The notes: a model not told the origin generated them from the letters alone. 64,000 nucleotides of DNA from an uncultured Mesohalobacter sp. (GCA_964593755.1 CAZQKB010000012.1:14665-78664); one strand, 5' to 3'. Numbered from the stretch's first letter, positions 28,453 through 38,312 are shown. Numbers and translations: made by a program.

Positions 28453-29617
28453 TTTTCTTCTTATTATTGTTATTGTGGTTGCTTTGTCTTTTTGATTTTC
28501 TATTCTTCTTACGTTTCTTTTTGCGTTTTGGCTTATCAAATCTGGTAAGACTATCCTGGCCAACAACATTTGAATAATCTATGGCGTTGGACACTGTATC
28601 TTCCACAAAATCTTCTAAGGCGTCAACCGGTTTTTTTAGCCGTTCCGCCTTTATAATTTCTTTTACATCATCTACATTAAGCTCATGCCATTGTGATGGT
28701 TCATCATAATAAGCATACCATAGTTTTCTATTGAAAATATCCATTTTTTGAAGACTGGCTTTACCCTTTTTGGTGACCAGTTTGTGGTCTGTTTTAGGAA
28801 AGTCCCTCAGGGCTTCTACGTACATGTCTAGCTCGTAGTTGAGGCAACATTTCAATTTACCGCATTGCCCCGCAAGTTTTAAGGGATTGAGTGAAAGCTG
28901 TTGATATCGCGCTGCAGAGGTTTTGACCGAACGGAAATCGGTAAGCCAGGTAGAGCAACACAGTTCTCTGCCGCATGAGCCAATCCCGCCCAATCTTGCG
29001 GCTTCCTGCCTTAGACCAATTTGTTTCATTTCAATTCTGACTTTAAAGGTATAGGCATATTCTTTTATAAGTTGTCTAAAATCTACCCTTTGTTCTGCGG
29101 TGTAGTAAAATATCACTTTGGAGCCGTCTCCCTGAAACTCAATATCGCTTATTTTCATTTTCAGATTCAGCCTTATAGCAATCTGACGGGCTTTGACTTT
29201 TATTTCTTCTTCCTTAGAACGGCATTCCTGCCATACATCTATATCCTTTTGATTGGCTTTTCTGTAAATCTTTAAATATTTGTCGCCTTCAGGCTTTACT
29301 TTCTTTTTATTCATCTGAACACGAACAAGTTCACCGGTAAGGCTGACAATACCTACGTCGTGGCCTGGCTGAGCTTCTGTCGCTACAACATCGCCTATAT
29401 GAAGAGATAAATTTTCTGTGTTTTGAAAGTATTCTTTTCTCCCGTTTTTAAAACGGATTTCTACCATGTCAAAGGGTTCCTGGCCCGCAGGTAGGTCCAT
29501 ATTGGAAAGCCAATCAAAAACAGTTAACTTATTACAACTGTCTGTACCACAAGTACCATTATTTTTACAGCCTTTTGGTGTGCCATTTTTATCACTCGAG
29601 CAACTGCTACATCCCAT
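28445..29617 (-). CDS. ricT: PSP1/RicT (YaaT) family protein
   Basis: Cys-rich N-terminus, FYYTAEQRVDFR, GGIGSCGRELCC, GQCGKLKCCL. Confidence 0.88.
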   Translation of the reverse strand: MGCSSCSSDKNGTPKGCKNNGTCGTDSCNKLTVFDWLSNMDLPAGQEPFDMVEIRFKNGRKEYFQNTENLSLHIGDVVATEAQPGHDVGIVSLTGELVRVQMNKKKVKPEGDKYLKIYRKANQKDIDVWQECRSKEEEIKVKARQIAIRLNLKMKISDIEFQGDGSKVIFYYTAEQRVDFRQLIKEYAYTFKVRIEMKQIGLRQEAARLGGIGSCGRELCCSTWLTDFRSVKTSAARYQQLSLNPLKLAGQCGKLKCCLNYELDMYVEALRDFPKTDHKLVTKKGKASLQKMDIFNRKLWYAYYDEPSQWHELNVDDVKEIIKAERLKKPVDALEDFVEDTVSNAIDYSNVVGQDSLTRFDKPKRKKKRKKNRKSKRQSNHNNNNKKKNA

Positions 29618-30130
29618 AATCTATATATTGAAACTAAACGTGGTTTAGTTGATGAATATTTTGACAGACTTAAATCATTCATTTTATTACACTTAAATCT
29701 TTACACGTTGAAAGTCTATCATTTTTCAAATTTAGTAAAATATAAAGACTAAAAGATATCAGTTGAGTAATGCTTTAAAGTTTTATCTAAAAATTGTTGA
29801 TAAAGCTCTTTATAGAGTATTACTTTTTAAGATTTAAAATACTCTCAATCGAATAGTAAGTATTACTCATTGTGATTAAATGGTCAATTTTTGTTAATTT
29901 TTTTAACTACCGTTTTTTTCTAATGAAATTTATTAAAAGCAACTTAAATGAATTAATTTCCTGATATAGAATATTTTATAAAAAAATAAAATGATTATTA
30001 TTTAAAAAATTAATTATGCATTAGATTTAATACATAAATTTTTTTTATTCTAAATATAGCATTTACAAATGTTTGTTAAATATAGCTACCTTTCACTATT
30101 TCAATGATTTAAGAAAAATATATTTGAATT

Positions 30131-30370
30131 GTGAAATTCTTAGTTTACATAATATCGATTTTGTTGTTAGTAAATACTATCAATACGAATTCAACTGTAC
30201 AGGCAGAAATTGAAGAAGTTGAGATAGAATTGTGTGTATTCTTTGAAGAGAATTCCACCGAACAAATAAAAAACACGAACTTCACAAAGCATATTTTTCC
30301 TGATAAAAAAGATTCGGATTATATAGTTTATATTTCCGAAGACCAACAACCCCCTGAACAACTTTCCTGA
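30131..30370 (+). CDS. Small ORF with signal-like N-terminus and C-terminal QPP; candidate leader peptide
   Basis: MKFLVYIISILLLVNT...EDQQPPEQLS*, 115 bp upstream of the DUF2490 gene. Confidence 0.5.
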   Translation: MKFLVYIISILLLVNTINTNSTVQAEIEEVEIELCVFFEENSTEQIKNTNFTKHIFPDKKDSDYIVYISEDQQPPEQLS

Positions 30371-30485
30371 ATTGTTGATGTTTTAAAACTGTAAAACATT
30401 GCCACCAACACTTTAAGCTATCACAAAAGCTTAATTACCTCATTTAATCAAACCTTTTCTGCAAAGAAAAGAAAAACAAAAACAC

Positions 30486-31184
30486 ATGAAATTTAAGTAT
30501 CTAATTTTATGTCTTTTTGCAGCCCAACTCTCATTCTCTCAAAAAGGAGAAGTTGAAGAAGGACAAACCGGCGCATGGTATATGTATTTTTACAATGCCA
30601 AAATCGGTGAAAGCAACTGGGGTGTGCAGGGAGACTTTCAATACCGACATTGGAATTTATTCGGAGATATGGAGCAGCTGCTTTTGCGTTCTGGTCTTAC
30701 TTACACGCCGGAGAATACCAATATATTATTCACTTTAGGCTATGCCAACATCACCACTGGTACCCCGGGAGACTCTAACGAAACGTTTGGAGAAAACCGT
30801 ATCTATCAGGAGGCTTTGATTCCTCAAAAAATAGCCAATAGGTTCTTTTTAAATCACCGGTTCAGATACGAGCAACGCTGGGTCGACGACCAGGATTTTA
30901 GAACCCGATTCCGGTATAATCTTTTTGTGAATGTAACTCTGAATGATACAGACTTTAATAAAGGTACATATTATCTGGCTTTTTACAACGAACTCTTCAT
31001 GAATGGTGAAAGAACTAACGGTAATAATACGCTCGAACTCTTCGATCGTAACAGGACGTATTTTGGCCTTGGATACGTTCTAAGTAAAAGTTCGAGAATA
31101 CAGCTCGGCTGGATGCGTCAGGAGTCTGATAACTGGACCAAAGGTCAACTACAATTTAGCTTACATCAAAATTTAAATTTTTAA
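30486..31184 (+). CDS. DUF2490 outer-membrane beta-barrel protein
   Basis: Signal peptide, QLLLRSG, ENRIYQE, HRFRYEQRW, RFRY, FDRNR, C-terminal F. Confidence 0.85.
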   Translation: MKFKYLILCLFAAQLSFSQKGEVEEGQTGAWYMYFYNAKIGESNWGVQGDFQYRHWNLFGDMEQLLLRSGLTYTPENTNILFTLGYANITTGTPGDSNETFGENRIYQEALIPQKIANRFFLNHRFRYEQRWVDDQDFRTRFRYNLFVNVTLNDTDFNKGTYYLAFYNELFMNGERTNGNNTLELFDRNRTYFGLGYVLSKSSRIQLGWMRQESDNWTKGQLQFSLHQNLNF

Positions 31185-31206
31185 CACAACCCTTAAATAA
31201 AGAATT

Positions 31207-31839
31207 ATGAAATCAATACAAATTAAAATATCAATTTTAGCCATGATGGCTTTTATAATCACTACTGTGAGTTGCAATCAACCTGCAAACAACAGTTCTG
31301 AAAGCACTGCAAAAACATCTGCACCGGCTGTAAATGAAGAAGAAAGTGCTTTGCTATATTCTACAGAATGCATCACCGAGCGTGAAGTTGTTGACGCTCA
31401 GAAAAAATGGGGTGAAGGGATTGTAAGAATAGGTAAAGTCTTTACAGAACAAGGCGATTACTCCAAAGAAGCAGCAGACTTTATCCAAAAAATGTATGGT
31501 TATGACCTAAGCAGTGTTTTGTTTAAGCCAACTCTTGCATCTGAAGATCAATTCAGGTCCAGCTTTGATGCAGCATTATCATATTTTGTTGCAGGAAACG
31601 AAGCATATCCGGAAGACAAAGGTTTTGCTATAGCACCCTATACAAAAGTAACTTTTGACAATACAGGTATCATTAACAATAGCTGTCGTATGGCAGTAGC
31701 TATGGGGAATTATTTTTTTACACCACTCGGCAAAACCGAGCCTGTAAAAGTTGAATATACTTTTGCCTATGTCAAAGATAAAAACGGCGACCTGAGAATT
31801 GTAGCTCATCAGTCTTCACTACCATACAATCCACAATAA
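31207..31839 (+). CDS. COG4337-type (iota-class related) carbonic anhydrase-like lipoprotein
   Basis: Lipobox TVSC; AQKKWG, YGY, VLFKPT, QFR, ALSYFVAG, PEDKGFA, AMGNYFF, KVEYTF, HQSSLPY. Confidence 0.75.
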   Translation: MKSIQIKISILAMMAFIITTVSCNQPANNSSESTAKTSAPAVNEEESALLYSTECITEREVVDAQKKWGEGIVRIGKVFTEQGDYSKEAADFIQKMYGYDLSSVLFKPTLASEDQFRSSFDAALSYFVAGNEAYPEDKGFAIAPYTKVTFDNTGIINNSCRMAVAMGNYFFTPLGKTEPVKVEYTFAYVKDKNGDLRIVAHQSSLPYNPQ

Positions 31840-31863
31840 GAGTTACTCAAAGCTTATTCTAAT

Positions 31864-31894
31864 AAAACACCCCGAAGCTTTTTTGGGGTGTTTT
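31864..31894. terminator. Bidirectional intrinsic terminator
   Basis: aaaacaccccgaa-gcttt-tttggggtgtttt between convergent genes. Confidence 0.8.
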
Positions 31895-31895
31895 G

Positions 31896-32846
31896 CTATA
31901 AATAAGCTTTAGATAAAAGCGCAAACAAATCCATCATAAAAGCAATACCCATATGAACAATGACGCCGCCCCAGACACTTTTTGTTTTATAAACCACATA
32001 TCCTAGTAAATACCCACCAAAAAAGGAGCTCACACATTCCAAAAAGGGTTTGCCAAAATGAAACGAACAATAGACCAAAGCCACCAGAATAACAGACTTT
32101 TGATTGAGATACCTGGCAAAAAACAATACCATAAACCCGCGAAAAAACCATTCGAGCATGACAAAATCCAAAAGATATAAAGGTTCAAAACGCAAAAGCT
32201 GATTCAAATACACATTAAGTGAAACATTAACCTGTTTTAACTTTGGATAGGTGTCTAAAAAATCCTGCTGGGTTGAAGCAAACAGAATTAATGGCAACAT
32301 CAACAATAAAAACCCTGCATAAGTCCTGTAATTGATTTTAAAGTTTAAAAAACCAAATAAATTCTCTTTGCCCCGTCCTACCAAAAGGCCTAAAAAAATA
32401 AACAGCATGAAATATTTGCTTAATGAACTTATTCTTGAGCCAATTTTATAATTGAAATAATTGGCGTTATACCAGTCTTCATTAAATAAGATTGCCAAAT
32501 TTAGATTCTGATACAGAGACAGGCACAACAGTGTTAAAAGTATAACACCCCAAAATTCTAAAGTCCTCAAAGCTTTTTTTATGGCATCGTCTTTAGCTAA
32601 AATTAATAAAGGAACAAGGTAAATACTACAATTAAGCAACCAAAACAACAACGTCCCTTTTAATGAATTTTTGTAAAGATCCAGATGAGAATCTTCCAAA
32701 TCGAAATAGTAGTTAATTGAAATGGCAAAAGAAAGATAAATGAAAATGTAGTAGTAAGAGGTTGTCCAGTCCTTCTTTACAAAGTCTATAAAATCCTGAA
32801 GGCCCAAATTGACCTTTATTCTATGGATGTATGGTGTCTCGTTCAA
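31896..32846 (-). CDS. CPBP (CAAX/Abi) intramembrane metalloprotease
   Basis: Multi-TM; EWFFRG, HFGKP, and final H motif (VIVHMG). Confidence 0.85.
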   Translation of the reverse strand: MNETPYIHRIKVNLGLQDFIDFVKKDWTTSYYYIFIYLSFAISINYYFDLEDSHLDLYKNSLKGTLLFWLLNCSIYLVPLLILAKDDAIKKALRTLEFWGVILLTLLCLSLYQNLNLAILFNEDWYNANYFNYKIGSRISSLSKYFMLFIFLGLLVGRGKENLFGFLNFKINYRTYAGFLLLMLPLILFASTQQDFLDTYPKLKQVNVSLNVYLNQLLRFEPLYLLDFVMLEWFFRGFMVLFFARYLNQKSVILVALVYCSFHFGKPFLECVSSFFGGYLLGYVVYKTKSVWGGVIVHMGIAFMMDLFALLSKAYL

Positions 32847-33039
32847 CTATAAAAATCTAAGAAGCAATTAAATATAATTTTTACTCTTAAGTGTTATCCA
32901 AAAGTAAAATAAATGACTTTTATAAAACCTTACTTTGTTTGTTATAATGATGTTAGATTGGGATTCATTTTTGAAATAAAAGGAACAATATATTAAAAGA
33001 TTTTTATCTAAATTTATACAAACCAAAATCCAACCAACC

Positions 33040-33960
33040 ATGTCAAAATTAAATGTTTCAAAAAGCATTGAAATCAATGCGCCTGCAGAAAAAATTCGTG
33101 CGGTTTTATCAGATTTTAATCTGTGGCAAGCCTGGTCGCCATGGCTTATTGCCGAGCCTGCAGCCAAAGTCAATGTCAGTCAAGATGGTAAATCCTACGA
33201 CTGGCAGGGCAGAAGAGTAGGTCATGGAGAAATGCAGGTTATTGAAGAAAATGAACATTCTATCAATTATGACTTGAAGTTCTTAAAACCTCATAAATCT
33301 AAAGCCAAAACCGCTTTTCATCTAAGGCCAAACGGCAATTCGACTAAAGTGGAATGGACGATGAATAGTGGCTGGCCATTTTTCCTGTTCTTTATGCGTA
33401 AGCAAATGGAAGGCTATATTGGTATGGACTATTTACGTGGCCTAACCATGTTAAAAGAATATTTAGAGAAAGGCAAAATATCAAGTCAATTAGAGTTTTT
33501 GCCACCCCAGGAATTTGAGGGATGTGATTACCTGGGCTACACCAAAAAAATTGATCTGGATGACATCGAGAGTTTTTCTCAAAAAGCGTTTACAAGCCTT
33601 TATCAATGGGCAGGTGAAAATGATATAGAGATTACAGGAGATCCATTTTCGCAGTACCACAAATGGGATGTAGTCAACAAGAAAGTGCATTTAACATTGG
33701 CCATACCGGTAAATGAAATCATTGAAAATATTCCTGAGGGCAGTAAAACGGGAAGCTTGCCTAAAATGACATTGCACACCGTTCGTCATCACGGGTCTTA
33801 TGACCATCTTGGAAATGCCTGGAGCACCATCATGATGCAGCAACGTAACAAAGAGTTTAAAGCTATAAAAAGCATACACCCCTTAGAGTTTTACAGAACA
33901 GACCCGGAAGACACAGCGCCAAAAGACCTGATCACCGATGTGTGTTTTGCGGTGAAGTGA
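33040..33960 (+). CDS. SRPBCC + GyrI-like ligand-binding protein
   Basis: KSIEINAP...WQAWSPW N-domain; HHGSYDHLGNAW, PLEFYRTDP C-domain. Confidence 0.85.
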   Translation: MSKLNVSKSIEINAPAEKIRAVLSDFNLWQAWSPWLIAEPAAKVNVSQDGKSYDWQGRRVGHGEMQVIEENEHSINYDLKFLKPHKSKAKTAFHLRPNGNSTKVEWTMNSGWPFFLFFMRKQMEGYIGMDYLRGLTMLKEYLEKGKISSQLEFLPPQEFEGCDYLGYTKKIDLDDIESFSQKAFTSLYQWAGENDIEITGDPFSQYHKWDVVNKKVHLTLAIPVNEIIENIPEGSKTGSLPKMTLHTVRHHGSYDHLGNAWSTIMMQQRNKEFKAIKSIHPLEFYRTDPEDTAPKDLITDVCFAVK

Positions 33961-33974
33961 GTTGATAAATGTAT

Positions 33975-34013
33975 AGGTTATGAGGTTATGAGGTTATGAG
34001 GTTATGAGGTTAT
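33975..34013. repeat. 8-bp tandem repeat (AGGTTATG)x~5
   Basis: Four perfect units and one near-perfect unit, directly after the stop at 33960. Confidence 0.9.
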
Positions 34014-34297
34014 AAGAAATTAAGACTTTGCGTTTTCTTTGCGTGAAAACAACATATCCAAATAGACTCATAAACATTAACCGTAAGTATCGCCAGGGAG
34101 GCGCGAAGCTCGCTAAGATTTGACGAATGCACATACAAAAACTTGGAACAAGAAACTTCAAACAAGAAACCTGAGACCTATAACCCTATAAACTCATAAA
34201 CTTTTAAAACATTAAGGCATTCAGGAATGTTAAGTCTCTGGGTTTACTTTGCGTGAAAAACTTTGTGTGCTTTAAGTGAAATACAATTTCCTAAAAC

Positions 34298-35497
34298 CTA
34301 TTCTGACTTATCCGGTGCAGGAATACTGGCGTGAAAATCTTTAGCAATTCTGTGGGTATAATCATCTAAGAGCTCCAATACACGTTCGCTGGAATCAGAA
34401 ACCACTATCAAACCAATATGCCATTCTTTATTCATCCGCCACACAATTTCTTTATCACTAAAAGATGATGTGTCAGGATGTTGAAAACGGCTCAGTGAAA
34501 CGACAATCCCGGCGTAAGCGTTTTTTACTTTTGGTAACTTATAGACGGTTTTATTGAGGTTTGCCGATTCAATTCTGGCCCATTCTTCCCATAGATTGAT
34601 ACCGCCTGATGCATATTGAACCATTTCAGCCAGATTTGCGCCGCCAACTCGTGAAGAGGTTTCTAAGAAAAATAATTCGCCGGTGTCTTTAGATTTTATA
34701 AACTCTGTATGAGATGCGCCGTACTGCATACCAAAGGCTTTCATGACATCTTCATTCATTTTTTTTATAGCTTTCTCTTCATCCGTTCCGGTTTGACAAG
34801 AAGCAGACCTAAATATACCACCGCCATGAGCCACTTCAAAAGGGGTATCCAAGTACTTACTCACTCTTGAAAAAACAACTTTTCCTTCATTATTAAGACC
34901 ATCTACATGGTAAACGTCACCAGGTGCAAATTTTTCTAAAAGATAAGCGTCTCTTTCGTCTCCTAAACTGTTTACAACATCCCATAATTCTCTTTTGGAG
35001 TGAATTTTTTTAATCCCTGTTGCAGAAGCTTCCATTCTTGGTTTTATTAACCACGGCGGGCTTACTGTTTCAGCATAATGGTTTATGGCATCATTGGTAA
35101 ACAAATCTGTAAAAGCCGGTACGTTAATACCTTCTTCTTTGGCTTTTAGTCGCATAGCCAGTTTATCCCTAAAATATCGCGCTGTAGTAGAGCCCATGCC
35201 CGGCATTCTAAAATGCTCTCTTAATACTGCTACCTTTTCAACATCAAAATCATCCAGGGCCACAAAGCGATGAAAAGTTATTTCTCTAAATTTATAAGCC
35301 AGACCTTTTTGGACATCTTCAATATGCCATTGTTCAATATAGAACACATCATCAATAGCTTCCCATGGCCAGGGCTCATGTTCTAAACTCTTTTTGGTGA
35401 GTAAAAAAACCCGGTTGCCTTCGGCTTTGCATTGCTTTAAAAAATCCTGACCTTTAAAGTAGGTAGAAATACACAAAAAGTTCTTGGAATGAGACAT
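34298..35497 (-). CDS. ATP-grasp domain protein
   Basis: FRDKLAMR, IKPRMEASATGI, LLEKF, HTEFI, FLETSSRVGG. Confidence 0.88.
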   Translation of the reverse strand: MSHSKNFLCISTYFKGQDFLKQCKAEGNRVFLLTKKSLEHEPWPWEAIDDVFYIEQWHIEDVQKGLAYKFREITFHRFVALDDFDVEKVAVLREHFRMPGMGSTTARYFRDKLAMRLKAKEEGINVPAFTDLFTNDAINHYAETVSPPWLIKPRMEASATGIKKIHSKRELWDVVNSLGDERDAYLLEKFAPGDVYHVDGLNNEGKVVFSRVSKYLDTPFEVAHGGGIFRSASCQTGTDEEKAIKKMNEDVMKAFGMQYGASHTEFIKSKDTGELFFLETSSRVGGANLAEMVQYASGGINLWEEWARIESANLNKTVYKLPKVKNAYAGIVVSLSRFQHPDTSSFSDKEIVWRMNKEWHIGLIVVSDSSERVLELLDDYTHRIAKDFHASIPAPDKSE

Positions 35498-35524
35498 AAT
35501 ATTATGGTTTTTAGGGCTATGGTA

Positions 35525-36937
35525 TCAAGTCTTAAAATAGTCTTTTACAAAAGTAGATAATAATTGAATGCCATAACCACTGGCACTCTTCATTTTGGCA
35601 TATTTTGAACTGCCAAAAGCCACGCCTGCTATATCAAGATGTACCCAGTTCTCATGATTTTTAGTAAAAGATTTCAAAAACATAGCTGCATTTATGGCGC
35701 CAGCTATGGGCTTCCCGCTAAAGTTCCTGATATCTGCAACATCAGATTGCAGGTCTTCTTCATAATCTTCAAACATAGGTAGTTGCCAGACCCTTTCATT
35801 TACCTTTTGACCAGCTGTTTGAAGAGATTTTGCTAAAAGGGAATTGTTCGTGAACAATCCTGCTGCCGAATACCCAAAAGTTCTAACAACACTGCCGGTC
35901 AAGGTAGCAATATCTATTAGGTTATCTGGTTTATAAGTGTCTATCACATAGCTAATCCCATCTGCAAGCGCCAGTCTGCCTTCTGCATCAGTATCAATAA
36001 TTTCAATGGTTTTTCCTGAATGAGAACCAATCACATCACCAGGTCGGTAGGCATTGCTGCCAACAGCATTTTCTGCACTGACAACCACGCCTATGATGTT
36101 GACATTAAGTTGTAGTTTAGCCACCAGTTCTACCAAACCAAGCACCACAGAAGCACCACCCATATCGCTTTTCATGTAATGCAAATTGGTTGAAGGTTTT
36201 ATAGACAGTCCTCCGCTGTCAAAAGTAATACCTTTGCCGACAATAGCTAAATCTATGGCATCATCGCCTTTAGCCTTGTATTGGCTTATAATGGCTACCG
36301 GTTTATTTACACTGGCTTGTCCAACAGAAAGTAAAGCCTTAAAACCAAGTTCTTCAAGTTCTTTCTCTTCTATAAGCCTGCAGGTATAGTTGTATTGTTC
36401 TGCAGAGTCTTTCGCCCATTCTCCAAGGTATTTAGGTGTTTTTACATTCGGAGGTGCATCGACCAAAGCTTTTATTCTGTTTATGGTATCTGCTGTTTCA
36501 AAACCTTCACTAACAAAACTTTCGATGTCTTTTTCTGATACAAAAAAGACCTCAATCTCAGATTCTTCTTCAACTTTAGACTTATACCGGCCGATCTTAT
36601 AATCCGCCATTTTTAGGCCAATAGCTGCTTTAATGATCTCTGGCTCAGACAGGTGACGGACATCAACCTGAATTCTATCTGACCAATATTTTTTGGTGTC
36701 AAAAGCTAAAGCCCTAAAGGCTTCTTCAATTTTAACTGCGTGTTTCTCTTCTCCTAAGCCCAAAAGATAAATCTTGTTCCCTTCTGGAGAATAATGGGTA
36801 GTATATGAACCAAATTCAGCTTCAAAATCTGGTTGCTTAATGCCGATTGAATCTATGACGTCCTTCAACTGATCTTTGCGGCATGGGATAACTATATCCA
36901 TACCTTGTTCTTTCTTTTTAGAATATTTGAATGTCAT
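35525..36937 (-). CDS. M17 leucyl aminopeptidase
   Basis: VGKGITFDSGG, MKSDMGG, DTDAEGRL, HLDIAG. Confidence 0.92.
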   Translation of the reverse strand: MTFKYSKKKEQGMDIVIPCRKDQLKDVIDSIGIKQPDFEAEFGSYTTHYSPEGNKIYLLGLGEEKHAVKIEEAFRALAFDTKKYWSDRIQVDVRHLSEPEIIKAAIGLKMADYKIGRYKSKVEEESEIEVFFVSEKDIESFVSEGFETADTINRIKALVDAPPNVKTPKYLGEWAKDSAEQYNYTCRLIEEKELEELGFKALLSVGQASVNKPVAIISQYKAKGDDAIDLAIVGKGITFDSGGLSIKPSTNLHYMKSDMGGASVVLGLVELVAKLQLNVNIIGVVVSAENAVGSNAYRPGDVIGSHSGKTIEIIDTDAEGRLALADGISYVIDTYKPDNLIDIATLTGSVVRTFGYSAAGLFTNNSLLAKSLQTAGQKVNERVWQLPMFEDYEEDLQSDVADIRNFSGKPIAGAINAAMFLKSFTKNHENWVHLDIAGVAFGSSKYAKMKSASGYGIQLLSTFVKDYFKT

Positions 36938-36948
36938 AATTTGTAAAC

Positions 36949-37722
36949 TTATTGATTAAAAAAAAGCCATTTTACAGCTTTTGGAAATTCTTCTCTCCAG
37001 TAAATTTCCGAATGACTGCCTTCATCATTTATCGAAAAATGGAAGTCTATGTGGTGGCCTGTTACCATTTTATCTTTTATGATTGTTCCCAGTTTCTTTG
37101 CATTAGGCAAATGTTCAATACTTTCTTTACCGCCGGCATATAAGTATATTTTCGATGCTTTTAAAGGGCTAAAACTTTTGGTATGGTCAAAGATGATTTT
37201 TGAAATCCAAAGGCTGGGCGAAAATATCATCATCTTTCCAAAAACACCAGGATTCCTGAGCCCGGCATGTAAGCTAACGAGTCCTCCCATAGAGCTTCCG
37301 CCAATACCGGTATGTTTGAAATCTGTGAGTGTTCTGAAGTTTTTATTGATATACGGAATGAGTTTTTCAATTAAAAACTGTATATAAAACTTACCCTTTC
37401 CATCGCCAAACCTTGGATGTTTATAGGGTAGATATTCTGTAATTCTTTCCTCTTCACCGTGATCTACGGCAACGATGATTAAATCCCCAAAACCATCTGA
37501 TTTTAGTTTTGCCATTGATTTATCTATAGCCCAATCGCCGTAAGGGGCTTCCGGATTAAAAAGGTTCTGACCATCCTGAAGGTACAAAACAGGGTAATGT
37601 TTATCAGTTTCATAATAGTCGGATGGGAGTAAAGCCGATATTTTCCTCGTAGCATTTAGCTGAGGGATTTCATAGTTTTCCTCGATTACTTTAATTATAG
37701 GAGCTGACATTATATCCTGCAT
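36949..37722 (-). CDS. Alpha/beta-hydrolase esterase
   Basis: YPVLYLQDGQNLF, GGSSMGG, FSPS, HSE..W. Confidence 0.88.
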   Translation of the reverse strand: MQDIMSAPIIKVIEENYEIPQLNATRKISALLPSDYYETDKHYPVLYLQDGQNLFNPEAPYGDWAIDKSMAKLKSDGFGDLIIVAVDHGEEERITEYLPYKHPRFGDGKGKFYIQFLIEKLIPYINKNFRTLTDFKHTGIGGSSMGGLVSLHAGLRNPGVFGKMMIFSPSLWISKIIFDHTKSFSPLKASKIYLYAGGKESIEHLPNAKKLGTIIKDKMVTGHHIDFHFSINDEGSHSEIYWREEFPKAVKWLFFNQ

Positions 37723-37855
37723 ACATTTATTTGGCTGCTAATTTACGTTAAGTTTAAATAAAGGGAAATTTAATGTTATTAAAAATGGTATTCATTTAAA
37801 ATAAATATTTAAGAATCCAGCAGGGCTTCATTATTCCTGCAGGGTTATTAATTAT

Positions 37856-38156
37856 AAAAAAAAACTGTTCTTTAATGAACAGGTTTAAATTTCTGTTGGT
37901 CTTGGCTTCGACAGGCTCAGGACATCCCGAAGTTTCGGGACTCGCCCTAAAACAATCACTACTTAAAACAAAAAACCTGAACTATAAAAATAATTCAGGT
38001 CTTCAATATGTTGGCCTACTAGGGCTTCCCGAACAGGATTTTTTACGGTCATTGCATTCCCTAAAAATCTCTTTCGGGATAAACTTCTCGCCCTAAACGT
38101 TTTTCAGTAAAAAAGAAAAATCCTGCTCAACTTAATGAGCAGGATTAAAGTTAAAC
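37856..38156 (-). repeat. tRNA-Gln-linked repeat units with hairpins
   Basis: Exact 18-bp copy of the tRNA 3' end and flank (38009-38026 = 38157-38174); ctcgccctaaa at 37941 and 38087; a terminator-like hairpin after each unit. Confidence 0.75.
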
Positions 38157-38158
38157 TG

Positions 38159-38231
38159 TTGGCCTACTAGGGCTCGAACCTAGACTCTTCTGGACCAAAA
38201 CCAGACGTGTTGCCAGTTACACCATAGGCCA
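38159..38231 (-). tRNA. tRNA-Gln (anticodon TTG)
   Basis: TGGCCTATGGTGTAACTGGCAACACGTCTGGTTTTGGTCCAGAAGAGTCTAGGTTCGAGCCCTAGTAGGCCAA folds into a cloverleaf with a GTTCGA T-loop. Confidence 0.95.
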
Positions 38232-38312
38232 ATTTGGGTTTGCAAATTTAAAACAATCTTTTGTTTCTACAAATCTTTATCAAAAAATTTAAATAAGTTA
38301 AATTTGTAACCT

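Noticed and set aside
29650..30130. Very AT-rich 480-bp spacer as a replication origin or ncRNA
   Set aside because: No DnaA-box cluster or convincing structure seen. Consistent with a divergent promoter region.
37875..38096. 73-aa ORF next to the tRNA
   Set aside because: It runs through the palindromic repeat units and has no protein-like features.
38009..38174. Intact prophage or genomic island at tRNA-Gln
   Set aside because: Only 130 bp lie between the duplicated ends, and there is no integrase.
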